A DNA stretch of 64,000 bases from Phoronis australis (lineage: Eukaryota; Animalia; Phoronida): contig NMRA01000314.1 in assembly GCA_002633005.1 (NCBI GenBank), positions 344,898 to 408,897 on the forward strand. Direction: 5' to 3'. Made by a program: the position numbers and the translations under genes. Shown piece after piece: positions 14,282 to 27,104 of this stretch; the first letter of the stretch is position 1; each line of letters begins with the position of its first letter. The notes below the pieces were generated by a model. It was not told where the DNA came from. It searched no databases and was given only the letters and a program-made list of their open reading frames with translations.

Positions 14282-14430
14282 CTGTGGCGGATTTAAGGGG
14301 GGGGCAGGGGGCCATAGCCCCCCTAAAATTCAACCAGATTCCATTTGGCAATGTGGGGGTGCGAATGTCTGATGGGCAAAATCCTGGCTAATACTCTGCC
14401 CCCCCAACTCAAAATCCTGGATCCGCTCCT
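14282..14430. mobile_element. Short hAT-like MITE
   Basis: ctgtggcggattta ... tggatccgctcctg imperfect TIRs with internal G/C runs. Confidence 0.6.
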
Positions 14431-14855
14431 GCATTGTTTGCCAAATTTATAATCCAGAAAAGAAACAGTTCACAGTACGTAAATGATATTTGGCATGTAA
14501 ACTTTGATTTTGACTGGAAACAACATAGTGCAGATTTCATTTAGATGACAAGCAGTCTGCAAACCAAAATAAATGCTCAATAAACAAAACTTAAACTGAT
14601 GGGCACCTCGTAAGGGTAACAGCAAAGTCTACACTGGCCAAGTAACATAGGTGTTTTACAGGATTCCACTTCATTTTAATAGGAGACAGAAGTGGGAGCC
14701 AGCCATCAACATTTGCACAACTAGAGAGTAGACACTTGAAACTGACAGCTTTCGAAAATTTGTGTTTGAAATATGTAAAAACATTCATGGTCTATTGACT
14801 TCAAAGGCACTGGCTGTGATTTACATACCAAGCACACCCATACTAAGCAGATTTC

Positions 14856-14965
14856 TTTACTTACTTATTATTTATTTATTATTTATTTATTTATTTATGT
14901 AATATTTACAATGAGGGTAGTCCTATCAGTTCACACTACCTTCCACGGGGGGAGGGGGCCCTCAG
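14856..14965 (-). repeat. (TTTA)n microsatellite, possibly the 3' tail of a retroelement
   Basis: TTTA repeats at 14856-14898 next to a short GC-rich stretch (gggggagggggccctc). Confidence 0.5.
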
Positions 14966-15094
14966 TAAAAAAATACAGACAGTAAGACAAACTAACAGAA
15001 TTTCAAAAGGAAAGACAATACAACTAATCAGCAAAGAATAAGAAATTAATATGGAAAGACCGGTGAAACAAAATAAGAAAGGACAAGAAAACAC

Positions 15095-15370
15095 ATTGTG
15101 GAATAAAGGCCCCGTCTTATAGAACAGTCTCCCTGGCAGACGTTAGGGAATGTACTGATCTAAATGACTTCAAGTGACTGTTGAGGGATTGAATGTCCAC
15201 ATAAGCAGCTTTTTAATTTGTTTTCTCTAGTTAGTCTGTTTTTTATTAGTTTATTCCACCAATTGAATGTTTTTATAGTCAATGAAGTGATTTCTGGCTC
15301 ATGTTTACTGTACTAAAAACTGACCTTAAACAAATAACGATTGACTGATTTGACTGATCGACTGATTGAT
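15095..15370 (+). mobile_element. Degenerate 3' end of a CR1/L2-type LINE
   Basis: Frameshifted NSLP-ADVRECTDLNDFK*LL resembles the WNxLP...FK..L C-terminus of CR1/L2 ORF2; ends in a (GATT/GACT)n tail. Confidence 0.5.
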
Positions 15371-17117
15371 GTTATATCGTTTGATAATTGGTTTTCGTCC
15401 ACCTTTGCTTTAGGCAACTAGACAGAGGTTTCCAAGATTACGTGACTCCAAGTCTGGGAACCGTTAGCATTAAACACGCAATATTTTTTATAAAAGCTAA
15501 CCCAATCAAGTAAGTGTGACGTTAAATCAGTACCTATTAGCAGTTTCAGCCATAACCTTAGCTCACACTATGCATGAAATATGTGCGTGAACTAATACAC
15601 TAGTTATGTGGTTTTCAATCGATTATGGAAGGCTTTCCTTTTTCATTCATTACAGTTGACTTAGCAAGAATATTACCATTAAAGTCTCTTGTTGCAAAAC
15701 AGAAATTTTCATGGGATTTTGACGTCAACTGGACCACAGTGGACTCAGAATACTGCAACAGTCCAGGCAGTTGCTAAGCACAATTAATTTGCATATTCAA
15801 GGTTTTAATGAGATACTAACCAGACAAATACAACAATGAAAAATGCAATTTGGATACCAATGAACTACAGAACTGACGTCGGCCAACAGTCAGTAGTACA
15901 TTACTTGGAGCAAAGAAATGACATCAAGCTCCTGGCCAACTATTTCTCTACGAACAACATTCGACAAAAATAATGCGTTTATGGCTATGGAGACACTCTC
16001 AAGAATCTAGGCCCAAGACGTCAATACAAAGACGTGAACAGAAAGGAGAAAAAATGACCAGCATCAGCCTCGGAATATAACTGTGCAGATGGAAGAGTGA
16101 TACATGATACGTATACGACATCATCTAACAGCCCTGTCTGTAATGGATAACTTGTGATAGCCGTGCTGTAATTTACCACAAGTAGTCACTGAAATCTACC
16201 ATTGGATATACTGGGATATTGCTCCAGAGTAGCAGTGAACACAACATGTAATTTGATGTCATTTACTAGGAAGGCTTAATGAAATCTTATTGACTAAACT
16301 AATTGTACATTGTACACGTCACCAGTAATTTTCTCATACATCTTTTTTGCAATTGCTGTGATATCGCAATTGCAACTACGTCACCACGGGAGATTGAGCA
16401 TTTTTGAAGGAAATAAGCTACTTTCCCTCCCAGGGTTTTTTCCCTAACTTTATCTTTGTCTTGATTTTTCCCTGGTTATTATGGGATACAAACTTCGAGG
16501 TCTTCTGGAAAGTTTCTACTTCAATCGACTTTTATTGGGAATACAATGAGAATAGCCCCTGGGAACATAAAACGTAAAGTTTCATTTTTTTAATGGCATC
16601 ATGATTACTGACAAATGACTGATTTATTTCCTAATGCAGGTCGACGAGGATTTCACAATAGAACTGGTTGATTATGAAAACTCAAGAGACATCAGGGTAG
16701 TGAAACAATCCAGTGATCAGACTCATCAATACAACTAGGACAATACTAATGCCTTAATTCCATCTCCAAATACAGTGAGTGGGCTGGATGGAACTCTCCA
16801 TCTTGACATATCTGGCTTGCTGGCCACACCATTAAACCCAATCATCAAACGTAACGGAAAATGAACAAATATTGCATTCTTCTAAAAACACTGTTAACAC
16901 CTGAAGATGGGCGGAGAAATGACCGACTGAAACATTGTACCAACGTTAACAGGCTAGAGGTTGACGTAAGTAGACCAATAGATTTTAGAAATGGTGTTAC
17001 CACATCTCCACCTCAAAGTGGTTTTAGGAAGAGACCACGAATTTCTCTAAACAAAAATGTAGCCAAAAAATAGCAAATTGAAGGCTAATGACATACATAC
17101 ACACTCCCACTACTTAC

Positions 17118-17260
17118 CGACTCGACCTGTGGGCGTGAGTAGCCTTGAAATTGATAGGCTTGATTGGTGCCTCCATTGCAGGCACCATGTTGATCAACCT
17201 CTCCTGCATCAGTTCCCTTAACTTCCTCACCCACGTTTGTTTAGTCTCCAGAGAGGATGC
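17118..17260 (-). CDS. TRIO: Trio exon 20, PH1 C-terminal helix (ASSLETKQTWVRKLRELMQER...HAHRSS)
   Basis: ctgcag acceptor, CG|gtaagt donor, 143 nt, phase 0/2. Confidence 0.93.
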
Positions 17261-17424
17261 CTGCAGAAATACATCTGAGTGACAAATTCCAGTCAGAAGG
17301 CAAAGGGTTTATATTAGCTGATAGCTCTCTTTATTGTTAATGCTGTCAGATGATCAAACAATATGGCCGAGGCAGTGGTTCATAGCCCACGAGTTACAGT
17401 CAATTTGGACTACGGCAACTCATG

Positions 17425-17590
17425 AATTTCACATTGACACAGTGTCTCACACGGGTTTGCTTGTGATTTCACATCGATACAGTGTATCACACGGGTTTGC
17501 TTGTGATTTCACATTGACACAGTGTCTCACACGGGTTTGCTTGTGATTTCACAATGACACAGTGTCTCACATGGGCTTGCTAGTGATTTC
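17425..17590. repeat. 40-bp tandem repeat, about 4 copies
   Basis: gatttcacattgacacagtgtctcacacgggtttgcttgt units at 17425, 17465, 17505 and 17545. Confidence 0.9.
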
Positions 17591-18185
17591 TTCTGAATTT
17601 GTTCAAGATTGGGGACTTTTGAACATTACTCCCGAGGTCACAAACCTTAAGAAAAATACAGTCCAACACTGACATAGCATTTAAAGTGAATGTATTAATA
17701 ACAAGTGTCACTGTCATATCCCATCTGCACTATCTAAGCTTTTCACTGATTGGCTCAATCAGATGTAACTTACTCTACTCTCAGAAGCGGCCAATAGTCA
17801 CGTTTGTTTGTACATGTTGACTTGATTGTTTACTCGTTTTGAGAAAATAGCACGTTATAACACAACTACAAGAAATTCTGAAATGCGTGACAAAAAATAA
17901 GCCTCGTGTGAGGGAGTGGAGTTGGCATGAAATGCGTGAGACTATTGTGAGTTGCATGTGAGGTTTGGTGACATAACAGCGACATGGTTTTGTGATTTAA
18001 GCACAGCAGTAGTAGAACATTTACATTATATGAATGTATAAATCTTAAAAAGATTGTAAACATTATAAGTGTGGTTAGCACGCCACCTGTTGGCCCATCA
18101 GATTTAAGATTTATATATTCATAATATACATTCAAGGATGAAATGCCCACTACTAAGACCGACTTTATTCCTGTATTCGACCCAT

Positions 18186-18258
18186 GGTCCCGATGGCTCA
18201 GTGGGCTAGAGTCTGCACCCTTAGCGAAAGGTCCTAGGTTCGAGTCCTGGATGGGGTG
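18186..18258 (+). mobile_element. tRNA-derived SINE head / pseudo-tRNA
   Basis: A box TGGCTCAGTGG and B box GGTTCGAGTCC at tRNA-like spacing; anticodon and acceptor arms imperfect. Confidence 0.7.
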
Positions 18259-18271
18259 GAAATCTTTAAAC

Positions 18272-18514
18272 CAGGGCAAGGAATGACCAATGACAAAAAA
18301 GAGGAAAATTTTTCCGGGTAACGTATCATTCCACAAATAGGCCTGTGTGATAGAAATATTTTTTGTGTTGTAAAATTCAACTGAAATAACGTTTTTGCAT
18401 GATTAAAGTCAAAATAATGACAAAAAAGAGATGGAAAGGAGCAAACTTGAAATTAGAGGATATCAAAACCAAAAAAGAGGAAATCTTCTTAAAAGAGGAA
18501 AATTCCAAGCCCTG
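18272..18514. mobile_element. hAT-like MITE nested in the 18063-18579 element
   Basis: CAGGGCAAGGAAT ... ATTCCAAGCCCTG termini; AAAAGAGGAAA subterminal repeats; no clear TSD. Confidence 0.6.
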
Positions 18515-18883
18515 TTAGGCTTTATATTCATCAGGTCATGTGATGTGGCCAACAGGTGGCGTGCTGACCAGACTTATAAACGTTAAATTTGTGAACATTA
18601 ATATATATCCTATTTAATTCTGGTGTGACAATCTTAGGTAAATGCTTATTCAACAATTGAAAAACTGTACATGTTGTGCTTTCTTGAGATTAGTGAAGTG
18701 CACACACAAACGTTTCTTTAAAAGCCAGCATCGTTTGCAACAGTCATTCCATGCTTCCGTGAATATGGTCGAGTGTCACGTTAACTAAAGATCTGTTGTA
18801 CGGAATTTATTGAGAATCTAAACGTTCACTTTAGATATAGGATTTTTGGAGCATGTCACGACAATGACAGTACAAATAATTAC

Positions 18884-18988
18884 CTTAAGAATAATCTTGT
18901 AGTCTGATATCATGGGTGCATTGCCCTTCCACAGGGCAAACTTACACTCATCGCCTTCTATGTGTTCAGTGACCCCTATCTCTGTGGT
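18884..18988 (-). CDS. TRIO: Trio exon 19, PH1 (TTEIGVTEHIEGDECKFALWKGNAPMISDYKIILK)
   Basis: tttcag acceptor, AAG|gtaatt donor, 105 nt; GVTEHxEGDxCKFALW motif. Confidence 0.95.
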
Positions 18989-19498
18989 CTGAAATTAACA
19001 CAAGACAATAATCAATAACACTGAAAAAGCAGAGATGCGTTATTCACATCTTTGACAATAGGAATGACATTCTGTGTAAGAACCACAATAGCTTTCACTC
19101 TAACAACACCATTTTAGGTACAAAGATGACAACGGAATCTGCAGAAACATCAAAGTTGTAAAGAGATAAAGATGCAAAAACTCGTTTTAGTTAAAGATTT
19201 TAACATTGATCTAATAGCAACCATTTTGAAGCAGCTTTGGCCTATGTCTAAAACCTCCAGGACATCATTCTACGCGAGTCACTAATTAGGGCCCTCTATA
19301 GTACGATAAGCTAATGCTTGTTAAATAGATTAACTTACCAGGAGCTACCGCAAATGGTGGGGCCTGACAAACATCATAGACCACTGATGAGAATCACAGA
19401 TCAACCACGAAGGTCAAAGGTCATCATCCTCATTGAGTCCGTGGTCAAGTAGTGCGTTAATAATATTACATAGTTACGTGCAACAATCCTCCACTCAC

Positions 19499-19681
19499 CA
19501 TAAGCCTGAACTTGTGCACGTATTTCACTTTGCCTGTACTGTCCTTGACTTCTTTAGCAAAGATGACGCAGACATCAAATAAGAATATCTGCCTCTCGCG
19601 ACCCTTCCGTATGATCTGTTTGGGGTCCCAGACAGTGAATCTATCCTGCAGAAGCACCTCGCCTAGTACATCCAGGTCATC
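19499..19681 (-). CDS. TRIO: Trio exon 18, PH1 (DDLDVLGEVLLQDRFTVWDPKQIIRKGRERQIFLFD...HKFRLM)
   Basis: atttag acceptor, ATG|gtgagt donor, 183 nt, phase 0/0. Confidence 0.95.
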
Positions 19682-20999
19682 CTAAATAAACAAAACAGCA
19701 GTTATATACAGACTATACCTAACTACTTGGGCTGCTGTGACGTGGCGCTCTCTGTGCCAAAATGATTTTTGATTTACACCAATAACTGCTCAGAAAAACA
19801 AGTCCTATCATGGGAAGAACAATTCGCGACTGATTTTATGAGCGTAAAATGCCCACTTTGATTTCCATTGTGCCAGCTAAACAGGACGAAATTCAGTTTT
19901 ATGCTAAAAATACTCTCCCTTAATCAAGCATGGCCATCACCAATCAAGCATGGCCAACACCAATCAAGCATTATGACAAACGTTCTCATTATAGCGTACT
20001 TAAATGCATGCAATTACCCTGCATTGTCTCACGCGAACAGCAAATGGATATGTATCTTGTGATTATTAGGCAGTAAAAGAACAAGTTTGGCTTTGAGCCA
20101 GAATTCATTGAATATGGTGAGAGCAATACTGCACTGACCAGCAATGTTATTCCACCTTAAGAAGGAATTGTTACCAAGAGACAAGGTTTTCCAAGCTTGG
20201 AATTCAAGCTTGGACTTCAGTATTGAAAGAAATGACAGGCCCAACAAGCTTATTTGATATTTTTGACAAGCCTGATTGACCTTACTCATCAGTCTTCTTC
20301 GAGTTAACCAATAAATGGTTACTAAGGGAGCTTGGAATTAAATATCAACTGAAGTGACGCTCCATTAATTTTCACCAAGATAAGTCGAATTTAAGAAGAA
20401 GATGACCCCAAACAGCTGGCCAACAATTGTGTCATCCTCACTCACAGTCAGCAGATCAACACAGAGATGAAAGCGCTCAGAGGAGCGACACTTGACAAAA
20501 ATGACTGAAAACTAAAAGCCTGAAAGTTCACAAAGAAAATTTGTCATCAGTAACGACAACGAACATAACCTGTAAGGCTTAGACACGACCACCGGCACTG
20601 AGAGACTCGAGTCCCTTGAAACATTTTATGTGCTTGAAAAGAAGGCGAGAATGCATTGAAAGTTCATCTGGAGAGCGACTCCTTGCCACACTGAATGATA
20701 AATGATTGACAACGAATGAACAAGATGACAATGATGATGATGATGGTGATGAAGATGGTGACGATCATATGACAAATAAAGATGTCAGGAATGAGTAAGG
20801 AATATTGTCTTGTTCAGTAGAAGGTAAACCAACAAAAGAGCAGCAAAATTCAATCAACAAAGGAATGGTGTCATCAGAAAATCCCTGATAATTAAAAACG
20901 AAACATCTTCTGAAAGCCCATTTAAAACTCTATCTAACAAATTAGTTTCACAAAATTCCACAAATTTTGTGAAAATTTTCAAATTTGCCATTTCTTTGA

Positions 21000-21670
21000 A
21001 ATTGAAACTCAAATAACTCAAAAACGGTAAGTTTGAGAAAAAGAATTGTAACATTTAAAAAAGAATTCCTCAAAGCATCCACACGCAAAAATTCACGTCA
21101 TTTGCTCTTCCTGTTAAAAATGGCACCCCAGCGCAACTGAAAATGAATGAAAATGCCTCAGATGCGCCATTTTGAAAACAACTTCTGGTTAAGCAGCACT
21201 TGATAATAGCTGCCTACAGAAAACTGATACATGAAAAATTTCGAAGCAATTGGGCCAACAATGCGCCCTCTACAGGACAAAAGGTTTTCGTCCCGAAATC
21301 GAGGTGCCCATGCACAATGGCCGATATTTCTGCCATGTTTGATCGGAAAGGAATGATTTCCGGCACATCTGTAGTACATGTCCGCAACAATAATCGCACT
21401 GACTTTCAGGCACGTATGTCAAAAATTGCAGCATTTGAATCTGAATTCGAAAACGAAATGGCCTTCACAGCCACCATTTTGAATATGATCATGACCAAAA
21501 ACAATAGACTTCCAGCTATTCTGGAACTAAAGGTTGTGCATAAATTTCTTCCAAAAAATGCGACCAGTACAGTGCGAACAAACAAAAAAACAGATCAACA
21601 TATTGGCGAAATAAATTTCTTTCACCAAGTAAAAATGCCTGTCATGTCCCATCAAAAAACTAAGACAGTC
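21000..21670. mobile_element. Probable interspersed repeat (non-autonomous element)
   Basis: CpG-richer block with repeated (g)ccattttgaa / aaatggc motifs; ORFs have no recognisable domain; boundaries approximate. Confidence 0.4.
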
Positions 21671-21706
21671 AGTAGAAATGGGTCTAGCTACAGCTTGTAT
21701 ACATAC

Positions 21707-21784
21707 CTCCACTCCATCCAGCATACTCAAGTGCATAGCGTCGTTAGCTTTCTTTGGCACATTTAACATCACTTCAAGACCATC
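21707..21784 (-). CDS. TRIO: Trio exon 17, end of DH1 (DGLEVMLNVPKKANDAMHLSMLDGVE)
   Basis: ttgtag acceptor, GAG|gtatgt donor, 78 nt, phase 0/0. Confidence 0.94.
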
Positions 21785-23604
21785 CTACAAAATATTAACA
21801 TCAACACTATCACAGTCCATGCACACGTACGGGAGTCAAGGTACTAACATGTTGCTCTAGCGCGTGGTTTCTTTAATATAACCATCACCAAACATCATTA
21901 GGGAAAACTTTGAGCATTCACAGCACTATAACATGAAAATTAGAACACATTAAGCGTTAACATGTGCTTACCGTGCATCTCAAATAGTAAGGAAATAAAG
22001 GGTTCTCACATTTTTAAATATTTCTAGAGTAGTCCATCATCCAGCATCTGATGTGCAGGCTCTGATCATAAGGGTCTTATCATTAGGAACAAATGACAAA
22101 TTTTACGGAGGTCAATCAAGGAATTTGCTAGATATTAAGGCATATGCAAAGACGATAAGTCACTAGGGTGCAGCACACTAGTGGGATCAACACCAGCCGT
22201 GCTTCCTTCAATAGCAACACATATGCCATATTTCACAATGATCCATCAAAGTACTTACAAAAAGCATATTGCAAAGAAACTAAAATTGCCACTATGGGGC
22301 ACTACCATAGAACAGACCGGAATTTAAATTTGTCAATGTTTTCCTCAATACATACATCTCTATCAACTATGAAGATGATTCTTTAGTAACTCGTGGACAG
22401 GCAGACAGACGCAAAAAAGAAATGAAAATGGCCACTAGGTGGCACAAAAAGAACAAATCTACCTTAAACTAGGCAAGTTTTGTCCATTGTAAGTCAACAC
22501 TAGTGTATATTACCTTACTTGTTAGCTCGTCGCTACAAGCGCTATTATCAAACCAAAAAAGTATAACATTCTCTTGTACTATCTGTCATCAAAAGACATG
22601 CCAAGCGACCACTATTGCTTTTGTTAACTTTTTCTGTGTCCCTTTCTTGTAAATTGTCTTTTTGCCAGAAAATTTTAATCAGACTCACAAAAAGTTGTCC
22701 ATGACCACCACATGCTGTTCTGCAGTTCTAGCAGCCCTCATTGATGACACATGGTGACTGCTAGCCAAGTGCCATCATTTCCTTTAACTTAATAGAAATT
22801 AAGACACATTGAAAGAAAATCTTAATTGCCACTAGGAAAGCCATAATCCTGAAATCAATGTCTGCTGTCTTCAACAGGAACATGCAAAATAGATTTCATG
22901 AAGATCCAACAAGGAACTTGGCAGCTATTGAAGCAGAGGCAAAAAGCAAAATAGCCACTGGGGGTGCCACTGTCACTTGACCAAAATCAATACCACCATG
23001 CTCTCCTCGCTCTCCTCAACAGAAACACATCTGCCAAATTTCATAATGATCCTTTGAGTAGTTTAACGGATAGAGAGGCAGACACCAACAATCGTGTCTT
23101 GAAAATAATAAAATAGGCCACAACGAGACGTGGAATACTTCAAATCTGTCCAAACCTGGAAAAGCATTGTCGTCTCCTTCATAGAAGCCTGTTCGCTAAA
23201 TTTCAAAAAATTCTGTCGAGAAACTCACTAAATACAGAAGCAAAAATGAAAAAAACTACAATAGGGGGCATGGTAGTAATTAGACCACACTGAACACTGT
23301 CGCCATCTGTTGTCAGCTCCATAGAAACACACTTGACAACTCCATAAAGATCCTGAAAGGGGTTTAGCAATACTGACAAGGTAAAACTGGAGCGCAACAA
23401 TAGTGAATAACAGACACCCACAGAGAGATGGAGGAGGTATGCACCCACATAAATACGTAGACGTGGGCACATAAAAACGGCCATTTCAGTAATTATATTT
23501 GCCCAATATTGAAGAATTTTCCAGTAATTCACCACTTGTCGCAGCTTCATTCATGCTATAAGTGATACACATAATCACTATTATAATCACAGCCTGCAGA
23601 GCAC

Positions 23605-23739
23605 CTTGATTTCCCCTTTGCCCTCCTCACAGCAGGACAGCAGGTCTTTGAGCAGTAGTTGGTACTTGGTGATTCTTTGTACAGGTTTGATGAGGAACGA
23701 CGCTATTGGACCATTAATATGATGTTTTGCTTGCAACTC
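23605..23739 (-). CDS. TRIO: Trio exon 16, DH1 ([45 protein letters not shown])
   Basis: ttgcag acceptor, weak AAG|gtgctc donor, 135 nt; [15 protein letters not shown] is the conserved DH CR3 motif. Confidence 0.94.
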
Positions 23740-24210
23740 CTGCAAGACAATACAACAGTTAAAGAAAAGATCATTTCACCAACACAGACTACACATGTTG
23801 CAAACCGACTTCCACGACACATCTATTCATTTACATTTGCCACAATACAAATCGACTCATCCGACCACCAGAACAGTTGAGAACCTGTTTCTAATATCAC
23901 CTGGTAAGCAACTGAAGCCAGTCTTCAACAGAAATAATGAGTAGTTGTCAAGCAAAAAATATTACTTAAAAAGAGTTTTTACGTACAAGTTCACTGTCAG
24001 AGTACGCTCAAGCTAAATATAGAGTATATCACTTTCAAAGGATGTGCTCTACACAAGTGCTATTTCAGTACCACGCTATTAATCTTGCTATGCTACTATA
24101 ATTATGCCAGTGTATGTAATATTCCCCACAAAATCCTTAGACACTGCCCATTCAGTAGACTTCCTCATTAAGTAACCTCAACATCCATTACCAAGCATGG
24201 TGCCTCTTAC

Positions 24211-24370
24211 CTCAAAGAAGGTGCCAGCATGAGTGACCAGACACTGGTTGGAGTCGGGCTTGTTCTTACAATACTCCACGTACATAGAGAAACGTTCAGC
24301 CCACGTGACAAAACAATGACCAACATCTTCTGGAAGAGTCTCGTACTTTTCCAGTTCCTGAAGAAATATA
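24211..24370 (-). CDS. TRIO: Trio exon 15, DH1 ([40 protein letters not shown]...FFE)
   Basis: ttgcag acceptor, GAG|gtaaga donor, 160 nt, phase 2/0. Confidence 0.95.
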
Positions 24371-24940
24371 CTGCAACAAAGAAGACATGTGTAGTCAGTG
24401 AGGATACGAGTGTCATGAATTTGAACAAAATAAAGAAAACAATTACTTACAAGTTTACATATAGTATCAGTTTACGACCGGGAAACGTGATAATAAGGGG
24501 AGAGTCAGTGAAAAATGAAATCTTTTTCATAAGTACGCGCTTACTTCAACAGTCGAATTCTCAGGGAGCTAGCTTTAAGCCGGAGTTCACGTGCGAGTTT
24601 CGTAAATTTTGGGAGTTGAAACTGAAGAGTGACGGATGCTCACTAAGACATGGGCGCTTTCAAGAATGTCTCGAATGCATAGTTTGGGGGCGGGAGTTCA
24701 TTTAGAAGGATGTGAGTGTTATCCTGATGAGTATGATAGATATCAGTACAGTGATACATAATTATATCACGTGATCTAGTAACTCCAAATAAACCCCATG
24801 CCCTAGTCATCATGAGAAACAAGCATGCGCATTCTGAGCATGTGCTCTACCTCACTGAGACATCACGACCGATGTTAGAACAAAAACACCCTATCAGACT
24901 AATGTTTTGTAAAACTTAACATCAATATCATTGGATATTT

Positions 24941-25210
24941 GTAATATGAATGTTATATACTCTATGTATACACAGAAACAAAGTGTAATATGAATGTTAT
25001 ATAATCTATGTATACACAACAACACACTGTAATATGAATGTTATATACTCTATGTATACACAACAACACACTGTAATATGAATGTTATATACTCTATGTA
25101 TACACAACAACACACTGTAATATGAATGAATGAATGTTATATAATCTATGTATACACAGCAACACAGTGTAATATGAATGTTAACTACTCTATGTATACA
25201 CAGCAACAAA
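24941..25210. repeat. 44-bp minisatellite, about 6 copies
   Basis: gtaatatgaatgttatatactctatgtatacacaacaacacact units. Confidence 0.92.
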
Positions 25211-25321
25211 GTCAGTGATTATTATTCACATTACAAGTTAACGTAGATTGTGTGGAATAAGCTTCATTACGTCTTGTAGATGGACACAATAGTTTACGTG
25301 ATTGTTATAAATGTTACTAAC

Positions 25322-25431
25322 TTTTTGTGAAATTTGTAGATGTCTTCAATGTTACCAAAGATGAGAGACTCTTTACCCACAATCCCTGCTGGCGGTGATG
25401 TGTTGGGATTGCTGAACTCAGCCAGAAAGCA
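25322..25431 (-). CDS. TRIO: Trio exon 14, DH1 (CFLAEFSNPNTSPPAGIVGKESLIFGNIEDIYKFHK)
   Basis: ttgcag acceptor, AA|gttagt donor, 110 nt, phase 0/2; IFGN..IY.FH DH motif. Confidence 0.94.
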
Positions 25432-25812
25432 CTGCAAAGCAAGTGTACACTCATTACATCTGCATACTAAACCAACTGACTAAATGTTGTTAACATTACA
25501 AGAATGAAAACAAAAAAAATCCACAAGCTTTACAAACTGAACTGACGTTTTCTTCAAAAACACGAAATTAAGAAGAGTCCAAAACAGAGACCTCCATTGC
25601 CTGTATAAAACAGTTCCCTCATTCTTATCCAATGAAGATCCTTCCTTATGGTCATGTGATCTCAAACGGACCAATCCCAATCCTTATATGCCATTTCCTA
25701 CATAAAAATATCTCTTTACTTCTGTACGCTGGATTCCCCACCTAATGTCCACCAATAACCATTCCGCCCCATGGTCACATGACCCGTATGAACCAATCCA
25801 GGCTCTCCTTAC

Positions 25813-25983
25813 ATTAACACATGTCTCCAGGTCCTTGACATACGTTCTCTCCGTCTGCAGCAGTTCTGCCATGATGAACTCCTTCCGCCGAGCTGACTTT
25901 CGTTTCTCTTCATTCATTTCCTTCTGCTGCAGCCTCTCTTCCAAATTTGGCTGACTGTTACGGTCCGACTCATCACTGTCACT
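25813..25983 (-). CDS. TRIO: Trio exon 13, start of DH1 (SDSDES...NEEKRKSARRKEFIMAELLQTERTYVKDLETCVN)
   Basis: caacag acceptor, AAT|gtaagg donor, 171 nt; NEEKRKSARRKEFIMAEL is diagnostic of Trio/Kalirin GEF1. Confidence 0.95.
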
Positions 25984-26921
25984 CTGTTGAAGAAACACAG
26001 TTGTTGAAGATGGCTAATTTTACCTCGTGTAAGTCTGTGAGCAGACGAACACATACCTAATTCTTCACAAACCAAAAGCGTTGTTTAGTGACCATGGATC
26101 TGCTACTATTATGACACAATTTGGACCAACAATTACAAATAGAAAATTCATGCACGTCAGTCAGACCACATTTTAAAAAGTTTGCGGGTCTTAAGATTAC
26201 TTTCCCTTTCATGTGAACACTTACTCCTTGATATTTTCACAAAATTATGTATTTGGATTAACCGGTGTGCTCCAACAACTGTTGCACCCATTGAGTGCGA
26301 GTTTTAAAGGAGTAAGATTGACTGGGTCAATAGCCAGGTAATGACTTTCCAAGTCCTTAGTAATTTACAGTGCTACGTAAACATGGCCTAAATATTATTA
26401 TTTTTAATTTTGACATTTTAATTGTATCTGACTGGGTTCAAAACGTCAAAATGACGTCATACTAAACAAGCGAATCATCATTCCAAGATTTCTTTAACCT
26501 TTAACCCTAAACCTACATAAAATCCCAAGTGTCCCCCATCACTTTACTACCACATAAAACCCTTTCAGCACCCTGCACTGTTCTCAGCTCTAGTGCCCAC
26601 AGGTAAGCCTAGTGATTCACCTGCTCAGAGTTCCACCTCTGCGGAGACAATGTTGCCATCTGTTGCCCCAAAGCAACAACATGTTGCATGCTACAAACTG
26701 CCAACACTCCAACTGCCCTGAGTAATACTAGATTATATTCCAGCTGAAACCCGTGTCTTTATGTGGTCATCCCGCTTGTGACAATACTGCCCCCTGTTGT
26801 TCGCACACACACCACTACTGTCCCCTGTTGTTTCCAAACACACCAGTACTGCACCCTGTTGTTCCCACAAACACCACTACTGACCCCTGTAACTCCAACA
26901 TACACCACTACTTTTCGCTAC

Positions 26922-27104
26922 CTCAAGAGTAATGCCAAGTTTGTTCTCCAATTGAGCCCTGTGGTTGTTGATCTGCGTGGTGAAGTCCTTGTATCTCCGC
27001 TCGACCTGCGACCTCCATGACCTTATGTCAGCCTCATGGGGGTGCTGCCTCTCTACCAAACTGTCAGCTAGCTGTAGAAGTAGCTTCACATTTTCTTTCC
27101 TATC
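26922..27104 (-). CDS. TRIO: Trio exon 12, last spectrin repeat (DRKENVKLLLQLADSLVERQH...LENKLGITLE)
   Basis: tcacag acceptor, GAG|gtagcg donor, 183 nt, phase 0/0. Confidence 0.9.

Noticed and set aside
18186-18258. Functional tRNA gene
   Set aside because: A and B boxes are present but the acceptor and anticodon stems do not pair well, and it is embedded in a repeat
21200-21766. 188-aa plus-strand ORF
   Set aside because: No recognisable domain; runs through repeat-like sequence and antisense to a real exon
24229-24705. 158-aa plus-strand ORF
   Set aside because: Antisense shadow of DH exon 15 plus intronic sequence
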